A stretch of 64,000 bases of DNA from an uncultured Acidobacteriaceae bacterium. GTDB lineage: Bacteria; Acidobacteriota; Terriglobia; Terriglobales; Acidobacteriaceae. Position numbers and translations under genes: made by a program. Under the pieces are notes generated by a model. That model was not told the DNA's origin. It did no database searches and was given only the letters and a program-made list of their open reading frames with translations. Of the stretch, positions 20,407-30,671 are shown piece after piece; within the stretch, counting starts at the first letter, position 1, and every line of letters starts with the position of its first letter. Location: the NCBI GenBank assembly GCA_963781635.1, contig CAWAFZ010000020.1, positions 128,688 through 192,687 of the forward strand, written 5' to 3'.

Positions 20407-20517
20407 ATCGCTTGAACCGCCGATGGACTGATTGTCCTTCGGGACGCGACGGCATCGTTTTGTCGTCCTCTTTGAAGACACCAGAGTGCTGTTTCGACGA
20501 AAAGGAGTTGTTCACCC

Positions 20518-21523
20518 ATGCATGCATTAATTACAGGGGGCGCTGGTTTCATCGGCTCCCACCTCGCCGAAAAACTGCTCAGCGAGGGAACGGAAGTCAC
20601 CGTGATTGACGATCTCTCGACGGGATCGAACAGCAACATCAACCATCTGAAACGCGACCGCCGCTTCCGCTATGTGGTCGATTCGGTAATGGACCGGGCG
20701 GTGCTGGCGGAGCTGGTCGACGATTGCGATATCGTCTTCCATCTGGCGGCTGCGGTCGGAGTGCAGTTGATCGTGCACTCCCCGGTGCGCGCCATGCACA
20801 CCAACATTCGCGGGACCGAACTGGTGCTCGAAGCCGCCGCGAAGAAAAAGAAAGAAGGTAGTCATCACTTCGACCTCGGAGGTCTACGGGAAATCTACCC
20901 GCATTCCCTTCCGCGAGGACGACGACCTGCTGATCGGCCCCCCGGTTTATGGGCGGTGGAGTTATGCCTGCTCGAAGGCCATCGATGAGTTTCTGGCTTT
21001 GTCCTATCACCGCGAGCGCGCCTTGCCGGTGGTGATTGTGCGCCTGTTCAACACGGTTGGTCCCCGGCAGATAGGCACCTATGGAATGGTATTGCCACGC
21101 TTTGTGCACGCCGCCATTGCCGGCAACCCGATTGAGATTTACGGCGACGGCACGCAGTCCCGCTGCTTCGGTTGGGTTGGGGATGTCGTATCGGCCCTGG
21201 TGAAACTCGGCAACAGCGACCGAGCCAATGGCAATGTCTTTAACATCGGCTCCGACGAAGAGGTGACGATTAATGAATTGTCCGACGTGGTGAGAGACGT
21301 TACCCACTCTCGCTCTGCCGTAGTGCACCGCTCCTACAAAGATGTGTTTGGAGAAGAGTTCGAGGATATGGCACGACGCGTGCCAGACCTGACTCGAATT
21401 CGCGAACTCATTGGCTACGAGCCGACCAAAAATCTTCGCGAGATTGTGGAAGCCGTTGCCGAGCATCTGGGCGGTGCTCGTACCCACGAGATTCAAATTG
21501 CAAAAGCAATGTCGGCGGGCTGA
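20518..21523 (+). pseudogene. NAD-dependent sugar epimerase/decarboxylase (UDP-glucuronate decarboxylase-like SDR) interrupted by one frameshift
   Basis: ORF 20518..20988 (MHALITGGAGFIGSHL..) loses homology after AAAKKKK. Translating 20858 onward in the next frame gives VVITSTSEVYGKSTRIPFREDDDLLIGPPVYGRWSYACSKAIDEF..SYHRERALPVVIVRLFNTVGPRQ, which continues into ORF 20999..21523. Total length is 1006 nt (1 mod 3). Confidence 0.8.
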
Positions 21524-21584
21524 CCGGAAGCAAGAAAATCGGAATGCAGCTTGCAGAAGATAAACACAAAATAACCAACACAAA

Positions 21585-23438
21585 ATGGCAACCCGAATCC
21601 TAGCTTCACAAGTGCCTGTCCTGTCGCTGGTGGCGGAATTTGGTTCGGCCTTCGTGCTAACGGTGGCCGCAGTGGCGGCTGCGATCAAGGTTTGCGCAAA
21701 ACGAGGATGGGTAGCCAAGCCTAAGCCGGACCGCTGGCATAACGGAACGCCGGCCAAGTTTGGCGGCGTCTCGATCTGGGTCGTTGTGCTCAGCCTCTCT
21801 GTTTTCGTCATCCCGGCTTCGAATCGGGCGGCGTGGGTAATGTTAGGCGGCGCTTCCCTGATGTTCGCGCTGGGATTGATTGACGACTTGTTTCAGCTCC
21901 GGCCAGGATCCAAGTTGCTGGCCCAGTGCAGTGTCGCCGCCCTGAGCATAGCTTTTGGCCTGAGGTTGTCGATACCTAGCCATCCCATTCTGGGCATCTT
22001 TGTTTCTTTGGGTTGGATCGTAGGCTTGACCAACGCTTTCAACCTGCTCGACAACATGGACGGATTGGCCGCCGGAGTCGCCTTGTTTACCACGGGTTAT
22101 TGGGCTGTGCTCTACCTGACCGGTGGTGTGCCGGACTATGCTTCGATTTTATTGATTGTCGCCGGTTCGAGCGCCGGATTTCTGGTTTTCAATTTCGCTC
22201 CCGCGCGAATCTTCATGGGTGACAGTGGCAGCCTTTTTTTGGGGTTCCTCCTGGCCTCGGCTGCGCTGCCCCACTTCCGGAGTGTATCCGGGGTGCAAGG
22301 TCTGGTCTTAACTCCCGTGATCGTGCTCTCGATTCCGATCCTCGATACGTTTTTTGTTTCTGTGACGCGCCGCCTGCGAGGTCAGCCCGTCTCCGTGGGT
22401 GGCACCGACCACAGCTCGCACCGTCTGGTGCGAATGGGCCTGCCCGAGCGGAACGCTGTCCTGTTGCTTTATGCCGCTACGGTTGCGTCGGGGGCGGTGG
22501 CTATCGGAGCGCGACACCTTGCTTATCCGGAAGCCCTAGGCTTGATGTTGCTGTGGCTGTTTTTTCTGGTGCTGTTTGGCGTTCACCTGTTTCACACCGA
22601 GCCCACCTACCACGCCGGGAATGAACATATTTATCCATTGCTGCAGGGCCTGCTGCAGCATGACAGCCTGGCATTTCTACTCGATCCCGCAGTCTTGTCG
22701 CTCTCTTATTATTTCGCCTACCTTCTCCGCTTCGAAAGCGCGGTTCCGCGGACGGACTTTGTTGTCTTCTTGCGCTCCTGGCCGATCGTGTTGCTGGCCA
22801 AGTGTGGAGTGATGTGGGGCTGCGGCATCTATCGCCACTCCTGGTGGCGCGGAGCCGCGGGAGATGCTTACCGGCTTGCCGTAACCAGCGCCATCGGTGA
22901 AGCAGTAACGGTCTTGATCGTGATCGCAATGTACGGGCCCTCGGGATATTCGCGCATCGTCTTCCTGGTCGACTTCGTGATCTCCTGGTTACTCTTGATG
23001 GTTCTTCGCCGGTCTTTTTATGTTTTCCGCGAATTCATTCGTTATTGGGGAACTTCCAGCTCTCAGTCCTCCCGCCGCGTGTTTGTGCTGGGCACCTCCG
23101 AGAATACCGAGGTCGTACTCCGCTTCCTCGAAAGCCGCAAAATCAAATGCGCTGGGTTGATCGATACCAACGGGGGCAGCGATCTTCGCCGGCATGTGTT
23201 CGGCATGGAGGTCATCGGACAAGTGCAGGATCTGCCGCGACTTGCCGCAACCCATCGCATTTCCGAGTTGATATTGCCCGAGAACGAGTCGATGCTCTGT
23301 ACCGAGGCTGAATTCGTGGAGCGGTGCAGCCGCGATCGCCTGCAAGTCGTCAAGCTGGGGCTGCATCAACTCCTTCCCATGCCACCTGACCGAAACGCTT
23401 CTTGGGCGGCGCCAGGGTTGTTGCCGCCTAGCCCGTAG
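21585..23438 (+). CDS. Polyprenyl-phosphate N-acetylhexosamine-1-phosphate transferase (WecA/MraY family) with a long C-terminal membrane plus Rossmann-like extension
   Basis: NAFNLLDNMDGLAAG and FMGDSGSLFLGF motifs lie in the first ~330 aa. The last ~290 aa carry extra TM helices and RRVFVLGTSENTEVVLRFLESRKIKCAGLID, which resembles the N-terminal module of WbaP/CapD-type proteins. Confidence 0.75.
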   Translation: MATRILASQVPVLSLVAEFGSAFVLTVAAVAAAIKVCAKRGWVAKPKPDRWHNGTPAKFGGVSIWVVVLSLSVFVIPASNRAAWVMLGGASLMFALGLIDDLFQLRPGSKLLAQCSVAALSIAFGLRLSIPSHPILGIFVSLGWIVGLTNAFNLLDNMDGLAAGVALFTTGYWAVLYLTGGVPDYASILLIVAGSSAGFLVFNFAPARIFMGDSGSLFLGFLLASAALPHFRSVSGVQGLVLTPVIVLSIPILDTFFVSVTRRLRGQPVSVGGTDHSSHRLVRMGLPERNAVLLLYAATVASGAVAIGARHLAYPEALGLMLLWLFFLVLFGVHLFHTEPTYHAGNEHIYPLLQGLLQHDSLAFLLDPAVLSLSYYFAYLLRFESAVPRTDFVVFLRSWPIVLLAKCGVMWGCGIYRHSWWRGAAGDAYRLAVTSAIGEAVTVLIVIAMYGPSGYSRIVFLVDFVISWLLLMVLRRSFYVFREFIRYWGTSSSQSSRRVFVLGTSENTEVVLRFLESRKIKCAGLIDTNGGSDLRRHVFGMEVIGQVQDLPRLAATHRISELILPENESMLCTEAEFVERCSRDRLQVVKLGLHQLLPMPPDRNASWAAPGLLPPSP

Positions 23439-23645
23439 GAATGAATTCCGAGAGCCCGTTGGCATCTCAAGAAGATTCAACGAAACCGTTTGCGGTTGCG
23501 AAGCGACTAACACAAGGCGAAGCCGTAATAAGTGCCTCTCATCTCTCAAAAACGAAGAAAAACGAGTTTCTTTCGTCGTGCTGTCAGGAGCAGCTGCGCC
23601 GGCGAAGCCGAAGCTGGCAGCGCCTGTACTTCCGCGCTGGCTTCT

Positions 23646-24512
23646 GTGGAGTGCCTCATCTGCTCCAGTGCATCTTCGTTCGCTTTCAGCAAACTCGCCG
23701 ATGATTATTTTCGATGTCCTTGCGGATTTGTATTCATCTGGCCGCGCCCGGCTGAGCAATACCTGCAGGAACGCTACCGGCAACATGGCGAAGAATACTG
23801 GTCGGATACGAGGATGGTGAAGTTCACTTTTTCTCCCAGCAAGTCGCGCCGCGAGATTCGTTTCCTACGCCGCTTTTCCTCGGGCGGAAAGCTGCTCGAC
23901 ATAGGCTGTTCGACTGGATCATTCGTCCGCGCGGCTTTGGACGCAGGATTCGACGCCGAAGGAGTTGACATCTCTTCTCCCGCAATCGCTTGTGGGAGAA
24001 AATTCGGCCTCCCACTGCGGTGCCTGGACGTTCTGATCGATCCTCTGGCAGACAATTATGACATTGTCACTATGTGGGCTACGCTGGAGCACTTGCCCGA
24101 CCCCATGCGTCACTTAAGGACAGCGCGAGAATTGCTCAAGCCTGGTGGCCTGCTGCTGGTTTCGGTTCCAAATTTCTCTGGCGCAACCCAAAAACTGATC
24201 GGTAAGTGGGACCGATACGTAGGCGCGGGTCACCTCAACTATTTCACCTCTCGCGTCCTGCGCCAAACCCTGGATGCTTGCGGCGTGAGCTATCGCGCTG
24301 CCACTACCTATGGATTCAATCCCATCGTGATCGCCAAAGACTTCTGCAATCGCGGCCAACGAGAGCGGGCGGTTTCCGATTTATGTGGCGACATCGATGT
24401 CACCCTGCGGGTCAAGGAATCTCCGCTGATCTACGTTCAGCGAATGGTAGAAGGGGTATTGAATCTGGCTTCCCTGGGAGATGTGGTGGCGATGTGTGCT
24501 GCTAGAGAATGA
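23646..24512 (+). CDS. Class I SAM-dependent methyltransferase with an N-terminal Cys-rich motif
   Basis: LLDIGCSTGSFV motif I and VTMWATLEHLPDP. CLICSS..CPCGFVF forms a Zn-ribbon-like N-terminus. The GTG at 23646 is proposed as the start; the ORF is open from 23532. Confidence 0.7.
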   Translation: MECLICSSASSFAFSKLADDYFRCPCGFVFIWPRPAEQYLQERYRQHGEEYWSDTRMVKFTFSPSKSRREIRFLRRFSSGGKLLDIGCSTGSFVRAALDAGFDAEGVDISSPAIACGRKFGLPLRCLDVLIDPLADNYDIVTMWATLEHLPDPMRHLRTARELLKPGGLLLVSVPNFSGATQKLIGKWDRYVGAGHLNYFTSRVLRQTLDACGVSYRAATTYGFNPIVIAKDFCNRGQRERAVSDLCGDIDVTLRVKESPLIYVQRMVEGVLNLASLGDVVAMCAARE

Positions 24513-24526
24513 CTTTCCGCGCATGA

Positions 24527-27500
24527 TTAGTCTGCCTCAACCGGGTCTGGCCTGCGCTGTGCCGGTAGAGTCACAAAGATCGTAGTTCCCGCCGCTCCTG
24601 ACTGAATCTCAAACTTCCCCTGCAGTTGCCGAACTCGCTCCTGCATGCCTTGCACGCCGACCCCCACCCGGGCCGGCATTTTCTTTTTGGAGTCAAATTG
24701 CGAAATGCCCTTGCCCGCATCGCGAATCTCGACTCTTACATTGCGGCGACGGTAACCCACCTCAATGGTGGCGCTCTCGCTTCCCGAATGTCGATGAATA
24801 TTCGTGAGAGATTCCTGCACGATGCGGAAGATGGCGGTTTCAATTTCCTGGGAGAGACGAGGCAATTTCGGATCAAGCTCCAACTCCACACGAATCTTGC
24901 TTCTCTCGGCAAAACCCTCCACGTACCAGCGCAGAGCCGAAGCCAGTCCCGCCTCATCCAGCAAGGGAGGGTGCAGCAGATGCGACATGGTGCGCAGCTG
25001 ATTCGAAAGATCATCGACCAGTTCTACGCTGCCGCTCGCCATCTTATTTAATCCCGGGTCTTGGTTCTGCAGTTCCTGCTCGAGCGCGAACAAGTTCATC
25101 TTCAGAGCTACCAATATCTGCCCCGCGCTGTCGTGCAAATCGCGCGCCAGCCGGCGCCTCTCTTCGTCCTGCGCCTGCAACAGGCGGGTGTTGAGCGCGC
25201 GCAGCTTATCTTCCGCCTCCTGCAGTTCCGCTGTGCGTTCCTGCACTCTCGCCTCCAGTTGATTGCGTGCCATGACCTGCTCGGTCACGTCGGCGGCATG
25301 CACCAGAATGCCCTCCACATTCCCTTTCACATTCTTCAAGGCCTGGTAGCTGAAGGTGGTGTAGACCACATCCTCTTTCTCTTTGCCGTAGCGCTTGAGG
25401 CGAAGCTCCCGCTCGCTGGCCAGGAAGGGTTGGCCAGTTTCGAAAACCTGATTCAACAGGTGAAGGATGCCTTGTTCTTTAACTTCAGGAAAGGCTTCTG
25501 CCACTGTCTTGCCTACGATCTGATCTGCGCTCTCGCGTCCCACCAGCTCCAGATAGGCGGAATTCACAAAAGTGAAGCGATGCTCTGGACCGGCCAGTAA
25601 AGCCATTCCAGCTGGCGCGAGGATGAACGAGTCGCGCAAGCGGCTGCGTTCGAGATCGGCTTCGGCGCGCAACAACCTTTCTACTTCCGCCGCCTCGGCT
25701 CGAACCCGTGCCAGCCTCAGGTGGGCCCCAACTCGCGCCAGAAGCTCACGCGCCGTGAAAGGCTTTACCAGATAGTCATCGGCGCCAGCGTGCAAACCTT
25801 CGACTCGTGACTCCTCGCCAGCTCGTGCCGAAAGCAAGATCACCGGTATGGCCTTTGTGTTGCGATCGTCTTTCAAAGTTCGCAACACTCCGAATCCATC
25901 CAAGCCGGGCATCATCACATCGGCGATCACTAAATCTGCGTGCAGCTCCCGCGTCGCTTCAACCGCTGCAATTCCGTTAGAGACGGCGTGGACGCGGTAG
26001 CGTTCCCCCAATAATCTGCGCAGATAGTCACGCATATCTGCGTTGTCGTCTGCGAGGACGATCAACTCTCCACCGAGATCAAGTTCGGTCGCGGCGGCGA
26101 GTGGATTCGCGCCCGAACTCGCATTCGCTGCGGTGGGCTGCCCCGGGGTTTCCGGCAACCAGCGCAGTGCTTCTTCAACGTAGCTATCGATTCGTGTCGC
26201 GCTTGAGGCGAGAGTGCGTGCCGCCTCGACCCGCTCTGGCGGAAGATGATCCTTGCCCGTCGGGATGGTCACAGTGAACGTGCTGCCTGTGCCCTCTTTG
26301 CTGGCGACCGTGATCGTTCCTTGATGGAACTTCACGAGTTCCTGCACCAGAGCCAGTCCGATACCCGTGCCTTCGTGGGTGCGGCCGTGCGCGCCTTCTA
26401 CGCGATGAAAGCGTTCAAACAGGTGGGGCAACTCGGCTTCGGGGATTCCAATCCCGGTATCGCTGATCTGCAATTGCACTGACTCCCCGGCGGAGCGCAT
26501 GCTGACGGAAATTGCACCCTCAAATGTAAACTTGAAAGCGTTGGAGAGCAGGTTAAGGACAATTTTCTCCCACATTTCGCGGTCAACGTAGATCAGCTCC
26601 GGTCCTGTAGGACAATCAACATTGAACTGTAATCCGGCCCGCTGCATGGCGGAGCGAAACGAGCTGGCCAGTTCGGCGGTAAAGCTGTAAATGTCCGTTG
26701 GCTGGTAAATGGCTTCCACTCGGCCCGCTTCAATCCGCGAAAAATCCAGCAGGGAGTTCACCAGCTTCAACAAGCGCAGGGCATTGCGATGAATCACTGT
26801 TAGTTGTTCTCGGTCTCCTGCGGCCAATCGCTCGTTGGAGCCGGCCAGCGTGTCTTCCAACGGGCCCAAGATTAAGGTCAACGGAGTGCGAAACTCGTGG
26901 CTCACGTTGCTAAAGAATGCGGTCTTGGCGCGATCCAGTTCGGCCAGCGCTTCTACGCGTTTCTGCTGATCTTCATAGGCGCGGGCATCGGCGATTGCGG
27001 CAGCAAGATTCCGAGCCACCAAACCAAAGAACGCTTGATACTTTTCGTCAAACTCGCGTCGCGGGCTGATTCCGGCGATCAGAACGCCAGTCGCCTGATT
27101 TTCCCCCGCCGCAGCGATCGGCAGGATCACAGCGCTCTTGGCTTTTACCGGCCACGGTCCACCCGGAAGATTGTTCAAGGATTCGGATAAACAGCTCACC
27201 ACTAGCGCATCGCCCTGGGACAGGACCTGGTGCAGCGGCCAAGGAGCGGTCTCATCTTTTTGTATGCGGAGAGGCGCCACCTGCGAACCTGGCTCAAGAT
27301 TCATGGAGGCTGCCAGAGTTGCGCTCGAACCGTCTTCTTCGAGGAGATAAATGAGGCCGAATGGAATATCAAGCGAGTGCTTCTCGAGAGTTGTCGCAGC
27401 CAGGCGGCAGGCTTCTACACCTCCCCTGGATTCTGTTTTCGCGGCTCCTAATTCTTGCAGAGCCATCAGGCGGCGTTCTCCCAGGATTTTGTCGGTGGTC

Positions 27501-28066
27501 TCCGTGACCGCTGTGAAAATACCTGCCACTTCTCCCGATTCATCGCGAATTGGACTATAGGAAAAAGTGAAATAACACTCTTCCACATATCCATTTCGAT
27601 CCAATAACAGAAGCTGGTCCTCCGACCACGTGGCGCGGCCCTTTTGCAAAACTCCTTCCAGCATAGGGCCGACCACATCCCATATCTCCGGCCAACATTC
27701 CGCCCCAGCTTGCCCCATCGCTTTGGGATGTTTTGTAGTCCCCAGGATGGTTCTGTAGGCGTCGTTATACAACATGAACAACTCTGGTCCCCACCAGATG
27801 AGAATGGGAAAGCGTGATTCAAGACAGATGCTTACCGCAGTGCACAAGCTTTGAGGCCACAAAGAAACTGGTCCCAAGGGATGGGAGTTCCAGTCCAAGC
27901 TCCGCATCAGAGCGCCCATCTCGCCACCTGCGGCAAAGCAGTTGATCGTGGGAGCTGCCGCGCCGACGAATCGTGATGGATCTGATGTGGAAAGCCCTGG
28001 TGCGGCCGCAGCCTCCCGGCTTCTGGTGGCGGGAATCAGATCATAACGGGGGACATCAGATCTCAC
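24527..28066 (-). CDS. Multidomain sensor: PAS-GAF-HisKA-HATPase_c-REC-PAS-HisKA_3-HATPase_c
   Basis: 1179-aa ORF. First kinase core: FFSNVSHEFRTPLTLILG plus NLLSNAFKFT..GTGIGLALV. Receiver: LADDNADMR..LVIADVMMPGLDG..LVKPF. Second core, NarX/DesK type: LARDLHDSAGQILVALKMNL plus IVQESLTNIHRHSG..GVGVQGMQERV. The start could be the GTG at 28066 or the ATG at 27919. Confidence 0.85.
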   Translation of the reverse strand: MRSDVPRYDLIPATRSREAAAAPGLSTSDPSRFVGAAAPTINCFAAGGEMGALMRSLDWNSHPLGPVSLWPQSLCTAVSICLESRFPILIWWGPELFMLYNDAYRTILGTTKHPKAMGQAGAECWPEIWDVVGPMLEGVLQKGRATWSEDQLLLLDRNGYVEECYFTFSYSPIRDESGEVAGIFTAVTETTDKILGERRLMALQELGAAKTESRGGVEACRLAATTLEKHSLDIPFGLIYLLEEDGSSATLAASMNLEPGSQVAPLRIQKDETAPWPLHQVLSQGDALVVSCLSESLNNLPGGPWPVKAKSAVILPIAAAGENQATGVLIAGISPRREFDEKYQAFFGLVARNLAAAIADARAYEDQQKRVEALAELDRAKTAFFSNVSHEFRTPLTLILGPLEDTLAGSNERLAAGDREQLTVIHRNALRLLKLVNSLLDFSRIEAGRVEAIYQPTDIYSFTAELASSFRSAMQRAGLQFNVDCPTGPELIYVDREMWEKIVLNLLSNAFKFTFEGAISVSMRSAGESVQLQISDTGIGIPEAELPHLFERFHRVEGAHGRTHEGTGIGLALVQELVKFHQGTITVASKEGTGSTFTVTIPTGKDHLPPERVEAARTLASSATRIDSYVEEALRWLPETPGQPTAANASSGANPLAAATELDLGGELIVLADDNADMRDYLRRLLGERYRVHAVSNGIAAVEATRELHADLVIADVMMPGLDGFGVLRTLKDDRNTKAIPVILLSARAGEESRVEGLHAGADDYLVKPFTARELLARVGAHLRLARVRAEAAEVERLLRAEADLERSRLRDSFILAPAGMALLAGPEHRFTFVNSAYLELVGRESADQIVGKTVAEAFPEVKEQGILHLLNQVFETGQPFLASERELRLKRYGKEKEDVVYTTFSYQALKNVKGNVEGILVHAADVTEQVMARNQLEARVQERTAELQEAEDKLRALNTRLLQAQDEERRRLARDLHDSAGQILVALKMNLFALEQELQNQDPGLNKMASGSVELVDDLSNQLRTMSHLLHPPLLDEAGLASALRWYVEGFAERSKIRVELELDPKLPRLSQEIETAIFRIVQESLTNIHRHSGSESATIEVGYRRRNVRVEIRDAGKGISQFDSKKKMPARVGVGVQGMQERVRQLQGKFEIQSGAAGTTIFVTLPAQRRPDPVEAD

Positions 28067-28160
28067 GCGAAGTTATCCTACTGGAAAATGAAGTTTAGAG
28101 ATGAACTTGCCCATGAGCAGGATCTCAGGCCTTTCACTGGTAGCCCATACAGCCTTTACC

Positions 28161-28688
28161 CTAGAAAAGCCCGAGAGTTTCGGGAGTCGTCCGCGTGAGC
28201 CTGCCGATCTTCTCGATCAGTGGCGGGAGAGCGGCTAAGACTGTGGGGGAAATCGTCTCGCCTTCATCAAAGCATTGGCCGCCAATGCGGACGTAGTATG
28301 CCTGAGGGAATCTATTGTATAAGCCAGCGGTCCAAGCCAGCAGCGCTGCGGGAGTCAGGAAATGAGAAAAGCCGGTGAACTCGGCCTGCCCAGAATTTTC
28401 GCTGTGCTTAATTTCCTCGCAGCGCAGTTTTCCGGGCGGGCAGTCGCGAGCAGCGTCAATGAAGATCACGAGCTGAAAATGACTGGCGTGTTCGGCGAGT
28501 TCGGGCGTGAGCTGCTGCCGGGAGATTATTTCGACATCCGAACTCTGAAAACGAGTTGAGAGTTCATGAGCCGCGTAGCTGCCGAAGCCGTCGTCGGATC
28601 GAAGAGGATTGCCGTAGCCGATAATGAGCGCGCGCGCCACATTCAAATCCTGGTCGAGCAAGTCCTGGTCAAGGCCTGCGCACCTCAT
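28161..28688 (-). CDS. hoxW: Hydrogenase maturation endopeptidase
   Basis: ALIIGYGNPLRSDDGFG motif, located directly downstream of hoxH. The start is uncertain (ATG at 28688 or GTG at 28640). Confidence 0.75.
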   Translation of the reverse strand: MRCAGLDQDLLDQDLNVARALIIGYGNPLRSDDGFGSYAAHELSTRFQSSDVEIISRQQLTPELAEHASHFQLVIFIDAARDCPPGKLRCEEIKHSENSGQAEFTGFSHFLTPAALLAWTAGLYNRFPQAYYVRIGGQCFDEGETISPTVLAALPPLIEKIGRLTRTTPETLGLF

Positions 28689-30136
28689 CCACGACCTCGC
28701 CCCGCGAAGAGAGCAATTGGATGTGCAGAGCCATGTCTCCGGCGGCATGAGTGGAGCAACTGAGGCAGGGATCGTAACTTCGAATCACCGCTTCCACGCG
28801 GTTCAACATGCCCTGGGTTAAACGGTCGGCTGCCACAAAGTGTTTCGCCACCTGCAAGATGCTGCGATTCATGGCCAGGTTGTTATGGCCAGTGGCGATA
28901 ACCAGGTTCGCCCACACGATGAGACCCTGTTCATTGATTTTGTAGTGATGGAATAATGTTCCGCGCGGCGCCTCGCAAGCGCCCACACCCTCCAGGCAGT
29001 TCGGCTTGGCGAAAGAGCGCACGTGTTTGGAGAGAATTTCCGGATCGTTGAGCACTTGCTCCAAACGCTCTACACAATACATGGCCTCAATCAATCGAGC
29101 GTAGTGGTAGTGGAATGAACTTAAAACGGCGGTGCGCTGGAGCTCATGAAATTCTGCCAGCTCCTGGTCAGCCCGGGTAGTGCCGCAACGAACGGCCACG
29201 TTCAGGCGCGCCAGAGGACCCACGCGGTAGATGCCATCGGTGTAACCCTTGGGTTTGTAGTAGGTCGATTTCAAATAGCTCCAGGACTCCACCTTTTCAC
29301 CGATGTAGTCAGCATAGCGCGCCGGATCGAGAGCAGACGCGACCGTATGTCCGGAGGCGTCCACGATAGTGACGCCGCCGTCGTAGAAAGTGAGGCCGCC
29401 ATCCGGTTTTATGATGGCCATAAACAGCGTGGGAAAGTTGCCGAAGGCGGCGATTTCTTCGCGGAATTTTTCGCGTATGCTCTTTGAACCAATCCAGAGT
29501 GTGCTCAACGATTTTTAAGGCCTCAGGAATATCGGCGAGAATGGCGTCACGATGCTGCTGAGTTAAAGGCTCACTCACGCCGCCGGGCACCACCCAAGCG
29601 GGATGAATGCGCTTTCCGCCCAGCCGTTCGATGATCTGCTGGCCGAACTGGCGCAGGCGAATGCCGTTGCGGGCGATTTCGGGATTTTTTTCAGCTACGC
29701 CGAATAGGTGACGTTTCTCAGGATCGGCATCCATGCCGAGCACCAGGTCGGGCGAAGACAAATGAAAGAAGCTGAGAGCGTGCGACTGCAGAACCTGAGC
29801 CAGCCCAAAGATGCGCCGAAGTTTTTCGGCCGTCGGAGGTATGCGCACCGCCAGTAGTTGATCGCAAGCCTTGGCCGAAGCGATGAGATGGCTTACCGGA
29901 CAGATGCCACAGATTCGGGCCATCAGAGACGGCATCTCGTAAAACGGACGACCTTCGCAGAACTTTTCGAAGCCGCGGAATTGTGTGACGTGAAAGCGCG
30001 CGTCTTCGACTCGCCCCTGATCATCGAGATGCAACGTGATCTTGGAATGACCCTCGATGCGGGTTACGGGGTCGATCAGGATCGTCTTACTCTTCGTCGT
30101 GACCGTTGTTGTGGTCTTGGCATCCAAGTCTGGCAA
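28669..30136 (-). pseudogene. hoxH: [NiFe] hydrogenase large subunit (group 3d, HoxH) interrupted by one frameshift
   Basis: The N-terminal part (ORF ending at 30304, likely TTG start at 30136) has RIEGH and the L1 motif [10 protein letters not shown]. It leaves homology after HTLDWFK. The next frame continues [18 protein letters not shown]... to the L2 motif DPCLSCSTH plus a cleavable tail. Length is 1468 nt (1 mod 3). Confidence 0.85.
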
Positions 30137-30137
30137 G

Positions 30138-30671
30138 CTAGGCTCCGAATCTCGTTTTCGTGGTGAGTTGGGGATTGCGGCCTTCGAGCAATTCGCTAAG
30201 CACGAAGAAAATGGTATCGGCCGAAGGAGGACAACCAGGAACGAAGACGTCGACGGGCACGACTTCGTGCACGGGACGGACTCGCGCCAGCAGCTTCGGA
30301 ACAACCTCGGTGGGCACGCCAGAACCGATGCTCACGTTCTCGCAATAAGCGCGGTCGGTGACGGCTTTCACCCCGAAAGAATTCCGCATCCCAGGAACAT
30401 TCGCGGTTACGGCGCAGTCGCCGAGCGACACCAGAGTTTTGGTTCGTTCCCTTACCAATAGAATTTTGTGCAGATCTTCCGCGCTGCTCACCGAACCCTC
30501 GACGAGAGTAATATCGACACCTTCCGGAAAAATCTTGGCGTCGACCAGCGGGCTGTAGACGAGGTCAGCTTTTTGCACGACAGCGAAAAGGCGCTCGTCG
30601 ATGTCGAGAAACGACATGTGGCAACCCGAGCAGCCGTCGAGCCATACCGTCGCCAGACGCAGCTTGCTCAC
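30138..30671 (-). CDS. hoxY: [NiFe] hydrogenase small subunit (HoxY type)
   Basis: [34 protein letters not shown] is a short group-3 small subunit. Confidence 0.85.
   Translation of the reverse strand: MSKLRLATVWLDGCSGCHMSFLDIDERLFAVVQKADLVYSPLVDAKIFPEGVDITLVEGSVSSAEDLHKILLVRERTKTLVSLGDCAVTANVPGMRNSFGVKAVTDRAYCENVSIGSGVPTEVVPKLLARVRPVHEVVPVDVFVPGCPPSADTIFFVLSELLEGRNPQLTTKTRFGA

Noticed and set aside
20841-20860. Programmed ribosomal frameshifting at the A-rich tract, and likewise at the hoxH and TonB sites
   Set aside because: No slippery heptamer with a downstream stimulatory structure is evident. These enzyme families are not known to use recoding. Indel error or mutation is simpler.
20639-21811. 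390-aa minus-strand ORF
   Set aside because: It is antisense to the frameshifted SDR gene and the start of the WecA-like gene. Its composition is typical of a GC-driven open frame.
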